Of a DNA stretch of 64,000 bases, positions 1 through 10,472 are shown piece after piece. The position numbers were made by a program, and so were the translations under genes. Origin of the DNA: Rikenellaceae bacterium (GTDB taxonomy: Bacteria; Bacteroidota; Bacteroidia; Bacteroidales; UBA932); contig CAAGIG010000087.1 in the NCBI GenBank assembly GCA_900769885.1, forward strand, positions 12,966-76,965, read 5' to 3'. The first letter of the stretch is position 1; each line of letters opens with the position of its first letter. The notes under the pieces are model-generated. The model searched no databases. It was given only the letters and a program-made list of their open reading frames with translations, and was not told the origin of the DNA.

Positions 1-918
1 TTTTGCCATAGCTGCAGCATTTTTCTTAACTTGAAGCTGATATTCTTTGAACTCAGGTTGAAGAGCTTCATAGAAAGCAACAGCTTTAGCTGCGATACAG
101 TGTTCAAGTGGACCACCCTGGATACCTGGGAATACTGCAGAGTTGATAACTGCTGACATTTTCTTGATTTCTCCTTTAGGTGTTTTCAAGCCCCAAGGGT
201 TATCAAAGTCTTTACCGATCAAGATGATACCTCCACGAGGTCCACGAAGTGTCTTGTGGGTGGTAGAAGTAACGATATGAGCATATTTAACAGGGTTTTC
301 AAGTAGACCTGCTGCGATAAGACCTGCAGGGTGAGCCATATCTACCATAAAGATAGCGCCAACTTTGTCAGCAATCTCTCTCATTCTCTTCCAGTCCCAT
401 TCGCGTGAGTAAGCAGAAGCACCACCTACGATAAGTTTTGGACGGCACTCAAGAGCTTTTTGTTCCATTTGGTCATAATCTACCAAACCTGTCTCTTCAT
501 TAAGGGTATAAGCTACAGGATTGTATACCATACCTGACATATTTACAGGAGAACCGTGTGTAAGGTGACCACCGTGAGCCAAATCCAAACCCATAAATGT
601 ATCACCGGGTTTTAGACAAGCCATAAATACAGCCATATTGGCTTGAGCACCTGAGTGAGGCTGTACGTTAGCATATTCAGCACCGTAAAGTTCTTTAATT
701 CTGTCGATAGCAAGTTGCTCTACTTGGTCAACAACTTCACAACCACCATAATAACGTGCATTAGGATAACCTTCTGCATATTTGTTTGTCAAACAAGAAC
801 CCAAAGCTTCCATTACATTGTCACTGACAAAGTTCTCAGAAGCGATAAGTTCGATACCGTGTAGCTGTCTGTTTTCCTCTTTTTTAATGAGTTCAGCTAT
901 TTGAAGATCTTTTTTCAT
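1..918 (-). CDS. glyA: serine hydroxymethyltransferase, N-terminal 306 aa (C-terminus lies beyond the window start)
   Basis: Not in the ORF track because there is no stop in the window. My reverse-strand translation from the ATG at 918-916 gives [30 protein letters not shown]...YYGGCE...HSGAQAN...[14 protein letters not shown], which contains the SHMT PLP-lysine motif. Confidence 0.9.
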   Translation of the reverse strand, partial: MKKDLQIAELIKKEENRQLHGIELIASENFVSDNVMEALGSCLTNKYAEGYPNARYYGGCEVVDQVEQLAIDRIKELYGAEYANVQPHSGAQANMAVFMACLKPGDTFMGLDLAHGGHLTHGSPVNMSGMVYNPVAYTLNEETGLVDYDQMEQKALECRPKLIVGGASAYSREWDWKRMREIADKVGAIFMVDMAHPAGLIAAGLLENPVKYAHIVTSTTHKTLRGPRGGIILIGKDFDNPWGLKTPKGEIKKMSAVINSAVFPGIQGGPLEHCIAAKAVAFYEALQPEFKEYQLQVKKNAAAMAK

Positions 919-954
919 AAATATATAGTATGTTAAATTTTTCACATATTATTT

Positions 955-962
955 TAACTTTG
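955..962 (+). promoter_or_regulatory. putative Bacteroidota -7 promoter box (TAACTTTG) for the TrmH-family gene
   Basis: Exact match to TAnnTTTG, 34 nt upstream of the ATG at 996. No clean -33 TTTG seen. Confidence 0.35.
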
Positions 963-995
963 CGAAATTAATCAAAAAAACTCACTCTTTCACAA

Positions 996-1568
996 ATGTT
1001 CAGAAAATTATTAAACAGCGAGCTGGGCAGAGCCGACATTGACCAATACAAACAACTCGAAAAACTCCCTATAACCATTGTACTGGACAATGTAAGAAGT
1101 CGTCATAATATCGGTTCGGCATTCAGGACTTCAGACGCTTTCAGAGTCAATGAGATAATCCTGTGCGGCATCAGTTCGACACCCCCTTCAGCAGAAATTC
1201 ACAAATCTGCGCTGGGAGCAGAATTTTCGGTAGACTGGAGATACTTCGACAAGACAGAAGATGCCCTGAAAGAGTTGAAATCACAAGGATACACAATAAT
1301 CAGCATCGAACAGACCGAGAATTCTGTTTCTCTCGACAAATTCATATCTCAAGAACAGAGACTCAGCCCCGATGCCAAATATGCGATTATATTCGGAAAT
1401 GAGGTTCACGGAATCTCACAAGCAGCTGTCGATATGAGTGAAATGGCTATTGAAATCCCGCAATACGGAACGAAACACTCTCTGAATGTTTCAGTTACAA
1501 TAGGAATAATACTCTACAGCCTCTCCTGGAGACTCCTGCAAGCTATGGATTCATCAAATCTGCGTTAA
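996..1568 (+). CDS. TrmH/SpoU-family RNA 2'-O-methyltransferase
   Basis: 190 aa. SpoU motifs IIFGNEVHGIS and IPQYGTKHSLNVSVTIGIILY are present. Confidence 0.8.
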   Translation: MFRKLLNSELGRADIDQYKQLEKLPITIVLDNVRSRHNIGSAFRTSDAFRVNEIILCGISSTPPSAEIHKSALGAEFSVDWRYFDKTEDALKELKSQGYTIISIEQTENSVSLDKFISQEQRLSPDAKYAIIFGNEVHGISQAAVDMSEMAIEIPQYGTKHSLNVSVTIGIILYSLSWRLLQAMDSSNLR

Positions 1569-1833
1569 CAAATCTCAAAATATCATAAATAGACTCCACT
1601 GCCGCAGCCGCAGGGCCGGCTGGATCTATCAATTTTGCTTTGTTATACGCATTGATTGCATCACCCCACATCTGATGGCGACGGTAAATGCCACCTAGCA
1701 AAAACCATCCACGCGAGTTCTGGGGTTCATTTTTAAGCAATTCATCCAACAAATCACGGGCTTCATTCAGATGCCCCTGAGCAATCATTTTTTCAATTTC
1801 TGATATCTTATTCATAGTTCTAAACGAGTCCAC
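1543..1833 (-). CDS. small TPR-repeat protein
   Basis: 96 aa with a TPR-like helical repeat ([30 protein letters not shown]). Last gene of the rnf transcription unit; overlaps rnfA by 14 nt. Confidence 0.6.
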   Translation of the reverse strand: MDSFRTMNKISEIEKMIAQGHLNEARDLLDELLKNEPQNSRGWFLLGGIYRRHQMWGDAINAYNKAKLIDPAGPAAAAVESIYDILRFVNADLMNP

Positions 1834-2422
1834 TGAATCCCATAAACGCCAAAGCCAGAATACCGGCAGTAATCAAAGCGATAGGAATTCCTTTAAATAC
1901 TTTAGGGACAGAAACAAGTTCAAGCTGTTCACGGATACCGGCAAAAAGAACCATTGCCACACCGAATCCCAACGCACTTGCAACTGCATAAACGACAGAT
2001 TGTCCAAGATTGAGCATATGGGCTTCACCTCCGAATGTAAACTCTTTGGTAACCACCATAATAGCAACCCCCAACACCGCACAGTTGGTTGTAATCAAAG
2101 GCAAGAAAATACCCAATGCCTGATATAGTGCAGGAGAAATCTTTTTAAGGACAATTTCCACCATTTGTACCAATGCAGCAATCACTAAAATGAAAGTGAT
2201 GGTCTGCATATATTCTATATTGAACTGCAGCAACAAATATTTATTCACAATATAAGTTACCAAAGTCGATAAAGCCATTACAAACATTACGGCAGCAGAC
2301 ATACCTATCGCAGTATTCACTTTATTGGAAACGCCCAAGAAAGGACAAATTCCCAAAAACTGAGATAGAAGAATATTATTGACAAAAACTGCCGATACAA
2401 TTATTATAAGAATCTCTGCCAT
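1820..2422 (-). CDS. rnfA: Rnf electron transport complex subunit A
   Basis: 200-aa polytopic membrane protein of RnfA/RsxA type, in its conserved position in the rnfBCDGEA order. Confidence 0.9.
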   Translation of the reverse strand: MAEILIIIVSAVFVNNILLSQFLGICPFLGVSNKVNTAIGMSAAVMFVMALSTLVTYIVNKYLLLQFNIEYMQTITFILVIAALVQMVEIVLKKISPALYQALGIFLPLITTNCAVLGVAIMVVTKEFTFGGEAHMLNLGQSVVYAVASALGFGVAMVLFAGIREQLELVSVPKVFKGIPIALITAGILALAFMGFSGLV

Positions 2423-2427
2423 AACGG

Positions 2428-3021
2428 TTAATTTTTCTTAGCTGTTAAATTTTTGAACAACACCATCAAATATCCAAGGACAATAAATGCTCCGGGAGCC
2501 AGTACAAATGCAAGGATTCCATCTCCCTCGGCAAACTTCCAGCCGAACAGAGAAAGAGAACCAAGAATCTCTCTGACAAGTCCGATGATGGTAAGCGATG
2601 CGGTAAATCCCAAACCGATACCGAGACCATCCAAAGCAGAATCTCCTACAGAATTTTTATTGGCAAAAGCCTCAGCACGACCAAGGACAATACAGTTTAC
2701 CACAATCAAAGGGATAAACAGACCTAGTGTCTCGTACAATGAGGGCAGAAAAGCCTGCATAAGGAGTTGCAAAATAGTCACAAATGACGCAATCACAACG
2801 ATATATGAAGGAATTCTCACCTTATTGGGAATCAATCCGGCTATAAGAGATATTGCCATATTGGACAAAATCAATACAAATGTGGTAGCAAGTCCCATTC
2901 CCAAGCCATTGATGGCAGAAGTGGTTGTTCCCAAAGTAGGACACATTCCAAGAACCAATACAAAAGTTGGATTCTCCTTCAGAATTCCTTTAGTCACTAA
3001 TCCTAATTTACTCATAACCAA
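2428..3021 (-). CDS. rnfE: Rnf electron transport complex subunit E
   Basis: 197 aa, paralogous to RnfA ([32 protein letters not shown]), with conserved operon position. Confidence 0.9.
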   Translation of the reverse strand: MVMSKLGLVTKGILKENPTFVLVLGMCPTLGTTTSAINGLGMGLATTFVLILSNMAISLIAGLIPNKVRIPSYIVVIASFVTILQLLMQAFLPSLYETLGLFIPLIVVNCIVLGRAEAFANKNSVGDSALDGLGIGLGFTASLTIIGLVREILGSLSLFGWKFAEGDGILAFVLAPGAFIVLGYLMVLFKNLTAKKN

Positions 3022-3023
3022 TA

Positions 3024-3599
3024 CTATTTATTATTAGCAACGATTTCATTAAAAGCATTATAGGCTTTTTGCACTGCATCAGCATAAGCCCTTGATGTAA
3101 TAGTGGATGCTGTAATCGCATCAATATCTCCACCATCTTTACGGACTGCAAGTTTGAATGAGGATGGATTTTTTCCCTCAAACTGGCCCGCAAAAGAGGG
3201 ATCAGTCATTTTTGCACCCAAACCCGGTGTTTCCGAATGTGAAAGGACCGAAATACTTACAATATCACCATTGGTATTAAATCCTACCATAGCTTTGATT
3301 GTACCACTGAAACCTTTTGATGTAGAGGTCTCAATAGCATAACCTACCACCTCTTCACCTTTCTTTGCAGTATAATAGACAAATTTTTCCCCTGCACACT
3401 CAATCTCTCCCTTCTCATCGGAAGGGACATTGTCAAACTCAGGAACGACCAGGGCAATAGCATTATTTGTCTTTGCAAGAGCCGCATCCGCAATAGGTTT
3501 TTGGGTCAAAACATATACAACTCCCAAAAGTGCAGAACACAATAAACATACTGCGGTCAGACAAATGGTCATATTCTTGAATGTAGATTCTTTAGCCAT
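3024..3599 (-). CDS. rnfG: Rnf complex subunit G (FMN-binding)
   Basis: 191 aa with an N-terminal TM helix, the FMN-attachment motif region SHSETPGLG, and DAITASTITSRA. Confidence 0.85.
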   Translation of the reverse strand: MAKESTFKNMTICLTAVCLLCSALLGVVYVLTQKPIADAALAKTNNAIALVVPEFDNVPSDEKGEIECAGEKFVYYTAKKGEEVVGYAIETSTSKGFSGTIKAMVGFNTNGDIVSISVLSHSETPGLGAKMTDPSFAGQFEGKNPSSFKLAVRKDGGDIDAITASTITSRAYADAVQKAYNAFNEIVANNK

Positions 3600-4596
3600 T
3601 TTTCACCTCCTTCCCAAATCTTCTGGGTTTGATATATTTATTAAGCAATGGAACCACTGAGTTCATTATCAGAATTGCAAACGAAATACCTTCAGGATAT
3701 GCTCCGAAATAACGGATAAGGACAGTTATCAGACCAATACCGACACCGAATATTATCATCCCTTTGGTAGTCATTGGAGATGTAACATAGTCAGTAGCCA
3801 TAAATATCGAACCGAGCAACACCCCACCGGTCAAAATATTGAACAACGGATCGGTATATTGAGCAGGGTCAATCAACCAGAAAATTCCTGAAACTGCTGC
3901 AATTGTCAAAATTATCGAAAGGGTGATATGAGGTCTTATAACCTTTCTCACCAACAGATATACAAATCCCAAAATCAAAGCCAATGCTGAAACCTCACCA
4001 ACAGAACCACCTGTCTTGAGGAAAAGCATCTCGATATAAGACAAATCGGGATGTGCTGCGAGAATAGCATCCAGAGGCTGTCCCTGAGCCAATCCCTCTT
4101 TTACCAAAGACAATGGTGTAGCTCCGGTAGCGGCATCAATACCATCTCTGAACCAGGAAGCAGGGATACTCCAGTCGGTCATCATCACAGGGAATGATAC
4201 CAACAGGAAGACACGACCCACCAGCGCAGGATTAAAGATATTGTGTCCCAGACCACCGAATGTCATTTTTGCAACACCGATAGCAACAATAGAACCGATA
4301 AGCATCAACCACCAAGGGGCACTCGGTGGAAGATTCAAAGCAAGCAGCACTCCGGTCACAGCTGCCGAAAGGTCATCCACAGTAGGTTCTACCTTCATCA
4401 AATATTTCTGAATCAAATACTCAACCCCGACACAAGTCAATGCTCCCACTACCACCAGCTGGATAGCAGAAAATCCAAAGAAATAAATCGACACTAGCAA
4501 CGAAGGGGCCAAAGCGATAAGGACATCTCTCATTATCTTCCTTGTACTCTCATTACCGTGGATATGAGGGGATGGTGAAACTAACAGTTTTCTCAT
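3592..4596 (-). CDS. rnfD: Rnf complex subunit D
   Basis: 334-aa membrane protein with the NqrB/RnfD signature (SPHIH near the N-terminus, FMATDYVTSP). Confidence 0.9.
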   Translation of the reverse strand: MRKLLVSPSPHIHGNESTRKIMRDVLIALAPSLLVSIYFFGFSAIQLVVVGALTCVGVEYLIQKYLMKVEPTVDDLSAAVTGVLLALNLPPSAPWWLMLIGSIVAIGVAKMTFGGLGHNIFNPALVGRVFLLVSFPVMMTDWSIPASWFRDGIDAATGATPLSLVKEGLAQGQPLDAILAAHPDLSYIEMLFLKTGGSVGEVSALALILGFVYLLVRKVIRPHITLSIILTIAAVSGIFWLIDPAQYTDPLFNILTGGVLLGSIFMATDYVTSPMTTKGMIIFGVGIGLITVLIRYFGAYPEGISFAILIMNSVVPLLNKYIKPRRFGKEVKNG

Positions 4597-4605
4597 ACTA
4601 TTATA

Positions 4606-5940
4606 TTACTTTTTAGGGCGGCTACGCATAATCTTGAGGACATCAGCCTTAGCCATTCTTATATAATCCAACAAAGCGATATTGGCAGGACAGGTAAACA
4701 TACAACTGCCACATTCAATACAGTCGTAAACCTTTTCTTGCTCAAGATCTTCATTTCTACCCAAACGGGCAAGTTTATTCAACAGATAGGGTTCAAGTCC
4801 CATAGGGCACGCCTGAACACATTTTGCACATCTGATACACTCCCCTTCAGGTTTGCGTTTTGTCTGACCCTCAGTCAGAACCAACAAAGAAGAGGTACTT
4901 TTTACAGTTGAAGCAGCAATATTTGACACCGCCTTACCCATCATAGGGCCACCACTGATAAGTTTTGCTGCATCCTTAGGCAATCTACCCACCTGATCCA
5001 ATATCTTTTCAATTGGAGTACCTACACGAATTTTAAAATTACGCTGCTGCTCGGTACAATCACCTGTAATGGTTACAACATTGTCCACCAAAGGTTTGTT
5101 CTTCTGAACAGCCTCATACACAGCAAAGGCGGTTCCGCAGTTTTGAACAACTACCCCGGCATCAATAGGAAGTCCCATTGAAGGAACTTCTCTTCTGGTC
5201 AAAGCCTGAATAAGTTGTTTCTCTCCCCCTTGAGGATATTTCTTAGCCAAAGCCACAACCTCAATTCCAGGAGTGTTAAAAGATTGCAATTTCTTGATTG
5301 CCAAAGGCTTATTATCTTCAACACCAATATATGCCTTTGTCACGCCCAACACTTTCATCATAATCTTTGTACCTATGATGATTTCCTCAGGGTGCTCAAG
5401 CATCAAACGGTAGTCAGAAGTGATATAAGGCTCACATTCAGCACCATTGATAATCAGGTATTCTGCCTTTTTACCGGGAGGAGGGGAAAGTTTGACGTGG
5501 GTAGGGAACGATGCTCCACCAAGTCCTACGACACCACAATCTCCAATCCTCTTCAATATCTCTGCCGGTGTCAGAGTTATATCTCTTTTGATTTCAGGGG
5601 AAAGATCTACCGATTCATCCCACTCGTCTCCCTGAACATCAATAATGATATGCATCACTGCATTACCTGCAATATCTTTATATGGCTCTACTGAAGCCAC
5701 AGTTCCTGAAACTGAAGAGTGGATATTTGCAGATATAAAACCACTTGCGGTAGCTATCAATTGACCTGCCTTTACATAGTCTCCTTTTTGGACAATTGGT
5801 TGAGCAGGAGCTCCAAGATGCTGAGACATTGAGATATATACCCTGTCAAGAATAGGGAAATTCTCAATAGCCGAATCTGCTGACAATTTACTGTCGTGTG
5901 GGTGAACACCACCCATTGAGAAGGTCTTTTTCATCTTCAT
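4606..5940 (-). CDS. rnfC: Rnf complex subunit C (NADH-binding, 2x[4Fe-4S])
   Basis: 444 aa. GLGGASFPTHVK nucleotide-binding region and two CxxCxxCxxxCP ferredoxin motifs (CIRCAKCVQACP, CIECGSCMFTCP). Confidence 0.9.
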   Translation of the reverse strand: MKMKKTFSMGGVHPHDSKLSADSAIENFPILDRVYISMSQHLGAPAQPIVQKGDYVKAGQLIATASGFISANIHSSVSGTVASVEPYKDIAGNAVMHIIIDVQGDEWDESVDLSPEIKRDITLTPAEILKRIGDCGVVGLGGASFPTHVKLSPPPGKKAEYLIINGAECEPYITSDYRLMLEHPEEIIIGTKIMMKVLGVTKAYIGVEDNKPLAIKKLQSFNTPGIEVVALAKKYPQGGEKQLIQALTRREVPSMGLPIDAGVVVQNCGTAFAVYEAVQKNKPLVDNVVTITGDCTEQQRNFKIRVGTPIEKILDQVGRLPKDAAKLISGGPMMGKAVSNIAASTVKSTSSLLVLTEGQTKRKPEGECIRCAKCVQACPMGLEPYLLNKLARLGRNEDLEQEKVYDCIECGSCMFTCPANIALLDYIRMAKADVLKIMRSRPKK

Positions 5941-5941
5941 T

Positions 5942-6823
5942 CTACTGCTCTTTTTCTGTTACTTGTGATTCTTGATTGACAGGTTCCTGAGGTTTTGGGA
6001 CTCTTACAGGGAAATTTACAGACCAAATTGCTTTGGTAGGACACTCGTCCACACATTTTCTACAAAGTTTACATTTGTTGAAATCGATATACGAGAGATT
6101 GTTTTCTACTGTAATTGCTCCGAAAGGACAAACTTTCTCACATTTTCTACAACCGATACAAGCCACTGCACAAGCCTTTTTCGCAGCAGCCCCTTTATCT
6201 TTGTTCATACAACTGACATACACTCTGCGGTTTTTAGGTCCTTTGTTCCTCAACTCAATAATATTTTTGGGACAAGCCTTAACACAAGCTCCGCAAGAGG
6301 TACATTTTTCCTCATCCACCTCGGGCAATTTTGTTCTGGGATTTATCTTGATAGCATCAAAAGGGCAAACTTTTTCACAATCGCCACCACCCAAACAGCC
6401 ATAACGGCAATCGGTATCTCCGCTATAAAGGGAATTCATAATTTTACAAGATGAAGAACCATCGTAGAAATTTGTCCTGGGACGATTGTCACAAGTACCA
6501 TAACATCTGACTACCGCCACCATCGGAACTTTTTCCTCAACAGCGACTCCCAATTTCTCACCGATTGTTTTCATCACGTCATTTCCCCCCACAGGACAAA
6601 ACTTTCCGTCAAGAGAGCCGGCCTTTACACAAGCCTCAGCAAACGCGCGGCAACCGGCAAAGCCACAACCGCCACAATTGGCTCCGGGCATAATAGCCTC
6701 GACAATATCAATTCTTGGATCCTCCTGAACATTGAATTTCTTGGCAATCAAAAACAATACTACTGCCAAAAACAATCCCAAACAGGTCAGGACAACGATT
6801 GTAAAAATCAAAGTAGTGCTCAT
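5942..6823 (-). CDS. rnfB: Rnf complex subunit B (polyferredoxin)
   Basis: 293 aa with an N-terminal TM helix and multiple Cys clusters (CGGCGFAGC, CTSCGACVKACP, CIGCRKCEKVCP, CKLCRKCVDECP). Confidence 0.9.
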   Translation of the reverse strand: MSTTLIFTIVVLTCLGLFLAVVLFLIAKKFNVQEDPRIDIVEAIMPGANCGGCGFAGCRAFAEACVKAGSLDGKFCPVGGNDVMKTIGEKLGVAVEEKVPMVAVVRCYGTCDNRPRTNFYDGSSSCKIMNSLYSGDTDCRYGCLGGGDCEKVCPFDAIKINPRTKLPEVDEEKCTSCGACVKACPKNIIELRNKGPKNRRVYVSCMNKDKGAAAKKACAVACIGCRKCEKVCPFGAITVENNLSYIDFNKCKLCRKCVDECPTKAIWSVNFPVRVPKPQEPVNQESQVTEKEQ

Positions 6824-6825
6824 TT

Positions 6826-7251
6826 TTATATTTTTTCTACACTAAAAATAAATTTATTTCCAAGTTTCTTCTTTACCAGAGCCAATGCAAAAAAGTAGAG
6901 AGCCAAAACTCCTACCGTAATCGCAGCGACACATAATTCATCCGGCAAAACAACTGACAAAGTTAATAATAAAACCAATATAATAAACAATGGAATAACA
7001 TAAGCGAGCAACACAGCTTTCATTCCCATCGAATATCTTATCATAACATTGACATTGTCTCCCACTTTAAAACTTCCGTCATCAGCCCTCTTCACCTCAA
7101 TTATTTTCGATTCGGCATCAGAAGCCCCACAAACACCCTTTGCGTGACAAGCAGCACAGGCACTTTTGGAGACAATTTCCACCTCCACAGAATCGGGAGT
7201 CACTCTACTGACTACCCCCGAATGTTTTATTACATTCTTACTATTTTCCAT
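6826..7251 (-). CDS. RseC/MucC-family (SoxR-reducing-system) protein preceding rnfB
   Basis: 141 aa. N-terminal Cys motif SACAACHAKGVCG followed by two TM helices. This is the usual first gene of Bacteroidota rnf operons. Confidence 0.75.
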   Translation of the reverse strand: MENSKNVIKHSGVVSRVTPDSVEVEIVSKSACAACHAKGVCGASDAESKIIEVKRADDGSFKVGDNVNVMIRYSMGMKAVLLAYVIPLFIILVLLLTLSVVLPDELCVAAITVGVLALYFFALALVKKKLGNKFIFSVEKI

Positions 7252-7254
7252 CTT

Positions 7255-8100
7255 TTACTTCTTCTCGTTATTCTTGTCGATTTTACTTTCAAAAGGATAA
7301 CTTATATTCTCCCAGGCACTTAGACGACCATACACAGACCCGACAATAATAGGGGCCTGAAAAAGGAGAGGAATCCTGTTATAGTCATCTGATACCCAAA
7401 CAAATAACTCTTCTTCTCCGGTAAAAACCTCCCCCGCAACCACTTTTGCGGCAAATTTCATTGAACGGAATTTGCCAAGACCCGGAACCCTTACAGTTTC
7501 CTTTCCGATATATCTGAAATAGATATTGAAAATATCATTATCTATGGCAAACGAAACAGGGTAATTTTTCCCTTGATCAATCTTTTCAAAATCGATATTC
7601 CTGGCGTGATAAAACAGAGTCAGCAGGTCAAAAGTACACTCATTTCCAGGTAAAATGGTATCAATTACACCACTCTTTTTAATGATGGAGGCATCTATCT
7701 GATGAGTTTCATTGTTCCAATAATAGTAATTCTCAATGGTATACCCACCTTCATAAATATCTCTCTCAAAATAGAATGGAGTTATATCATTCTCAAAAAA
7801 GCGGGACTCGTATCTATCCCTTACTTTAAAAAAAGCATCCCAGAATTTATATGTTTTACCCTGAGCCACAGCCCTCAGAGTTCCAAGAGAATCAAGCATC
7901 CCTCCCCGAGAGAGGGTTACATCGACCTCCCCCACATCTGTTCTTATACCCAACCACTTGTAATGAAGTACATAAGTGAGTTTCTCTGATGGGGCAAAAG
8001 CGTGCTTCTCTTTCAGTTCGGGAACAACGGGAAGACATTGCCCAAACGAAAGAACAGGGAACAAAATCAACAATATAAAAATCCTAAAAGCCCTCGCCAT
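7255..8100 (-). CDS. secreted DUF3108-like protein
   Basis: 281 aa with a signal peptide. Pattern GEKLTY..HY.....DVGEV plus the C-terminal VWVSDDYNRIPL resembles DUF3108 as I remember it; needs an HMM check. Confidence 0.6.
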   Translation of the reverse strand: MARAFRIFILLILFPVLSFGQCLPVVPELKEKHAFAPSEKLTYVLHYKWLGIRTDVGEVDVTLSRGGMLDSLGTLRAVAQGKTYKFWDAFFKVRDRYESRFFENDITPFYFERDIYEGGYTIENYYYWNNETHQIDASIIKKSGVIDTILPGNECTFDLLTLFYHARNIDFEKIDQGKNYPVSFAIDNDIFNIYFRYIGKETVRVPGLGKFRSMKFAAKVVAGEVFTGEEELFVWVSDDYNRIPLLFQAPIIVGSVYGRLSAWENISYPFESKIDKNNEKK

Positions 8101-9562
8101 TAAATTCAGGAAGATTCATACTTGACTCATATTCAAGAGGTTCATCTGCCGAACCATCATAATAGTCATCGTCATTGGCATCCACAAACCTTGCCTCGTT
8201 TGCTCTGAAGCGCATATTCACAACACCGGTAGAACCATTTCTGTGTTTTGCCAGGATAATCTCGGCGAGACCTTTGCTCTCCTCCCCTTCTGCCAAACCA
8301 TAATAATCGGGACGGTGAATAAACATAACAATATCGGCATCCTGCTCGATAGCACCCGACTCACGAAGGTCACTCAACTGGGGACGCTTATTACCTCCAC
8401 GGGTCTCCACCGCACGGGACAACTGAGACAAAGCCATAATAGGAATACCGAGTTCCTTAGCGATAGCTTTTAGCGAACGGGAGATAGTCGCAACCTCCTG
8501 CTCTCTAAGCCCTTTCAATTCAGGAGGACCTGTCATCAACTGCAAGTAGTCGATAATAATCAGCTTAACCTTGGCATTATTGACCAATCGTCTCGCCTTT
8601 GAACGGAACTCATAAATTGAGAGTGATGGAGTATCGTCGATAAACAAAGGGGCTGTAGATAGATCCCTGATTCGTTGATGAAGCTGGTGCATCTCATACT
8701 CCTCAAACTTCTTACCACCACGGATTTTCTCCGAAGATAGACCTGTTTCAGAAACAAGCAACCTCTTTACCAGCTGCTTGGATGACATTTCCAGAGAGAA
8801 AAATGCCACAGGAGTTTTATGTTCCACAGCCATATTTCTCGCCATTGTCAACACGAAAGCAGTTTTACCCATCGCAGGACGGGCCGCAACGATAACCAAA
8901 TCGGATTCCTGCCAACCGAGTGTAAATTTGTCCAGACCTGTAAAACCTGAAGCGACACCACTCAATCCATCACTTCTCTGCTGATTTGCCTCAATATCAG
9001 AAATTGCCTCCTTGATAACATCACTAATAGGGAGAGTATCCCTCTTCATATTGTTCTGTGCAAGGGTAAAGAGCTTTTCCTGAGCAGTTTGCATCAAATC
9101 ATCCACAGGGATTGAATCGTTGAAAGCATCTCTTTGGATACCCGAAGAAATGGTTATCAACTCCCTCTGAATATATCTTTGCAAAAGGATTTTTATGTGG
9201 TTATCGATATGGACTGCCGAACCGACTCTCTGGGAGAGTTCTATCAGATAGTGAAATCCTCCAATCTCCTCCAGTTCGTTGGTCTTTTTCAACTGTTCGG
9301 TAATTGTAAGGTAGTCAATAGCCTCGTGAGCCATTGCCAATGCACTGATTGCCTGAAATATCTTACGGTGTGCCTCTACATAGAAACAATTGGCATTAAG
9401 AGAATCCAATACATCGGGAACCACCTTTGGTTCAACCATCAAAGCTCCCAAAACAGCCTCTTCCACTTCTCTGGACTGAGGAGGCAAAAGACCTCCCATC
9501 TCCATCCCTACCTGTTTAATGGAAATATCATTTTTCTTCGGTTTACCGGGTACCTTGGCCAT
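8084..9562 (-). CDS. dnaB: replicative DNA helicase
   Basis: 492 aa. DnaB N-terminal domain (PPQSREVEEAVLGALM), Walker A ARPAMGKTAF, IIIDYLQLM and SQLSRAVE motifs. Confidence 0.95.
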   Translation of the reverse strand: MAKVPGKPKKNDISIKQVGMEMGGLLPPQSREVEEAVLGALMVEPKVVPDVLDSLNANCFYVEAHRKIFQAISALAMAHEAIDYLTITEQLKKTNELEEIGGFHYLIELSQRVGSAVHIDNHIKILLQRYIQRELITISSGIQRDAFNDSIPVDDLMQTAQEKLFTLAQNNMKRDTLPISDVIKEAISDIEANQQRSDGLSGVASGFTGLDKFTLGWQESDLVIVAARPAMGKTAFVLTMARNMAVEHKTPVAFFSLEMSSKQLVKRLLVSETGLSSEKIRGGKKFEEYEMHQLHQRIRDLSTAPLFIDDTPSLSIYEFRSKARRLVNNAKVKLIIIDYLQLMTGPPELKGLREQEVATISRSLKAIAKELGIPIMALSQLSRAVETRGGNKRPQLSDLRESGAIEQDADIVMFIHRPDYYGLAEGEESKGLAEIILAKHRNGSTGVVNMRFRANEARFVDANDDDYYDGSADEPLEYESSMNLPEFNGEGF

Positions 9563-9582
9563 AGTATTTATCTGATTTAGTC

Positions 9583-9625
9583 AAAAAAAGCCTTCATCCT
9601 CTTCATTTAAATCGAGGAAGAAGGC
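9583..9625 (-). terminator. rho-independent terminator after the zinc-ribbon gene
   Basis: On the minus strand: 12-bp stem (GCCTTCTTCCTC / GAGGATGAAGGC, one mismatch), 12-nt loop, then T7. Confidence 0.7.
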
Positions 9626-9648
9626 ATATTGTTAATTATCCGATGAGA

Positions 9649-10464
9649 TTATTCTCTCATAAAATCTGCACTCACAAGAATTCTACCGCAATATTCACAA
9701 ACGATAATTTTCTTGTTCATTGCAATATCAAGTTGTCTTTGAGGTGGGATTTTGTTGAAACATCCGCCACAAGCATCTCTTTGAACAGTTACAACCGCAA
9801 AACCGTTATTTGTGTTTTCACGAACCTTTTCGTATGCAGCCAAAGTTCTTGCATCAAGTTCGCCCTTTAGTTTTGCAATCTCTTCTTTTAGTTGAGCTTC
9901 CTCTTTTTCAGTCTCTTCTGTAATAGAAAGACTCTCTTTTCTTTTAGCTTCAAGGTCAGCTTCCCTTTGCTTAAGATCTTTATTGTTAGCATCTACCTGA
10001 GCTTTCAACTCAGAGATATATGCGTTCTTTTCAGTAATTCTTTTTTGTGCCAACTTAAGCTCCATTTCCTGGAACTCAATTTCGCGAGAGATAGAGACAT
10101 ACTCTCTGTTATTCTTAACATTTGCTTGTTGCTCTTTATATCTTTCGATAGCAGCTTTGCTGTTGTCAGCATCGATCTTTCTTTGAGCAATAAATTTCTC
10201 GCCCTCCAAAATCTCCTCTTTCAATTTGGAAATTCTGGTTTTTGTTCCTTCAATACCATCCTCCAAGTCACGGATTTCATCAGGAAGTTCACCTAGTAAA
10301 AGATGAATACTGTCAATTTTAGAATCTTTTTGCTGAATCAGATACAAAGTCTGTAGCTTGTGTTCCATTGAACTTTCCGAGTCATTGATACTCTTGGACA
10401 ATGACATAAAGGTCTCCCTTCTGTCGATAGGGGTATCTATCGCATTCTTTTGTTTTGTTGACAT
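9649..10464 (-). CDS. COG1579-type coiled-coil protein with C-terminal C4 zinc ribbon
   Basis: 271 aa, a long coiled coil ending in CGGCFNKIPPQ...VCEYCGRIL. Sits downstream of Nif3, the usual pairing. Confidence 0.8.
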   Translation of the reverse strand: MSTKQKNAIDTPIDRRETFMSLSKSINDSESSMEHKLQTLYLIQQKDSKIDSIHLLLGELPDEIRDLEDGIEGTKTRISKLKEEILEGEKFIAQRKIDADNSKAAIERYKEQQANVKNNREYVSISREIEFQEMELKLAQKRITEKNAYISELKAQVDANNKDLKQREADLEAKRKESLSITEETEKEEAQLKEEIAKLKGELDARTLAAYEKVRENTNNGFAVVTVQRDACGGCFNKIPPQRQLDIAMNKKIIVCEYCGRILVSADFMRE

Positions 10465-10472
10465 ATCGTATT

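Noticed and set aside
2453-3037. 194-aa plus-strand ORF
   Set aside because: Antisense shadow of rnfE. The same applies to the other plus-strand ORFs inside rnfC, rnfB and rnfD (5215-5694, 5972-6454, 4243-4497).
1820-7251. Rnf operon with upstream RseC-like gene as something unusual
   Set aside because: This is the standard gene order and content for Bacteroidota rnf loci.
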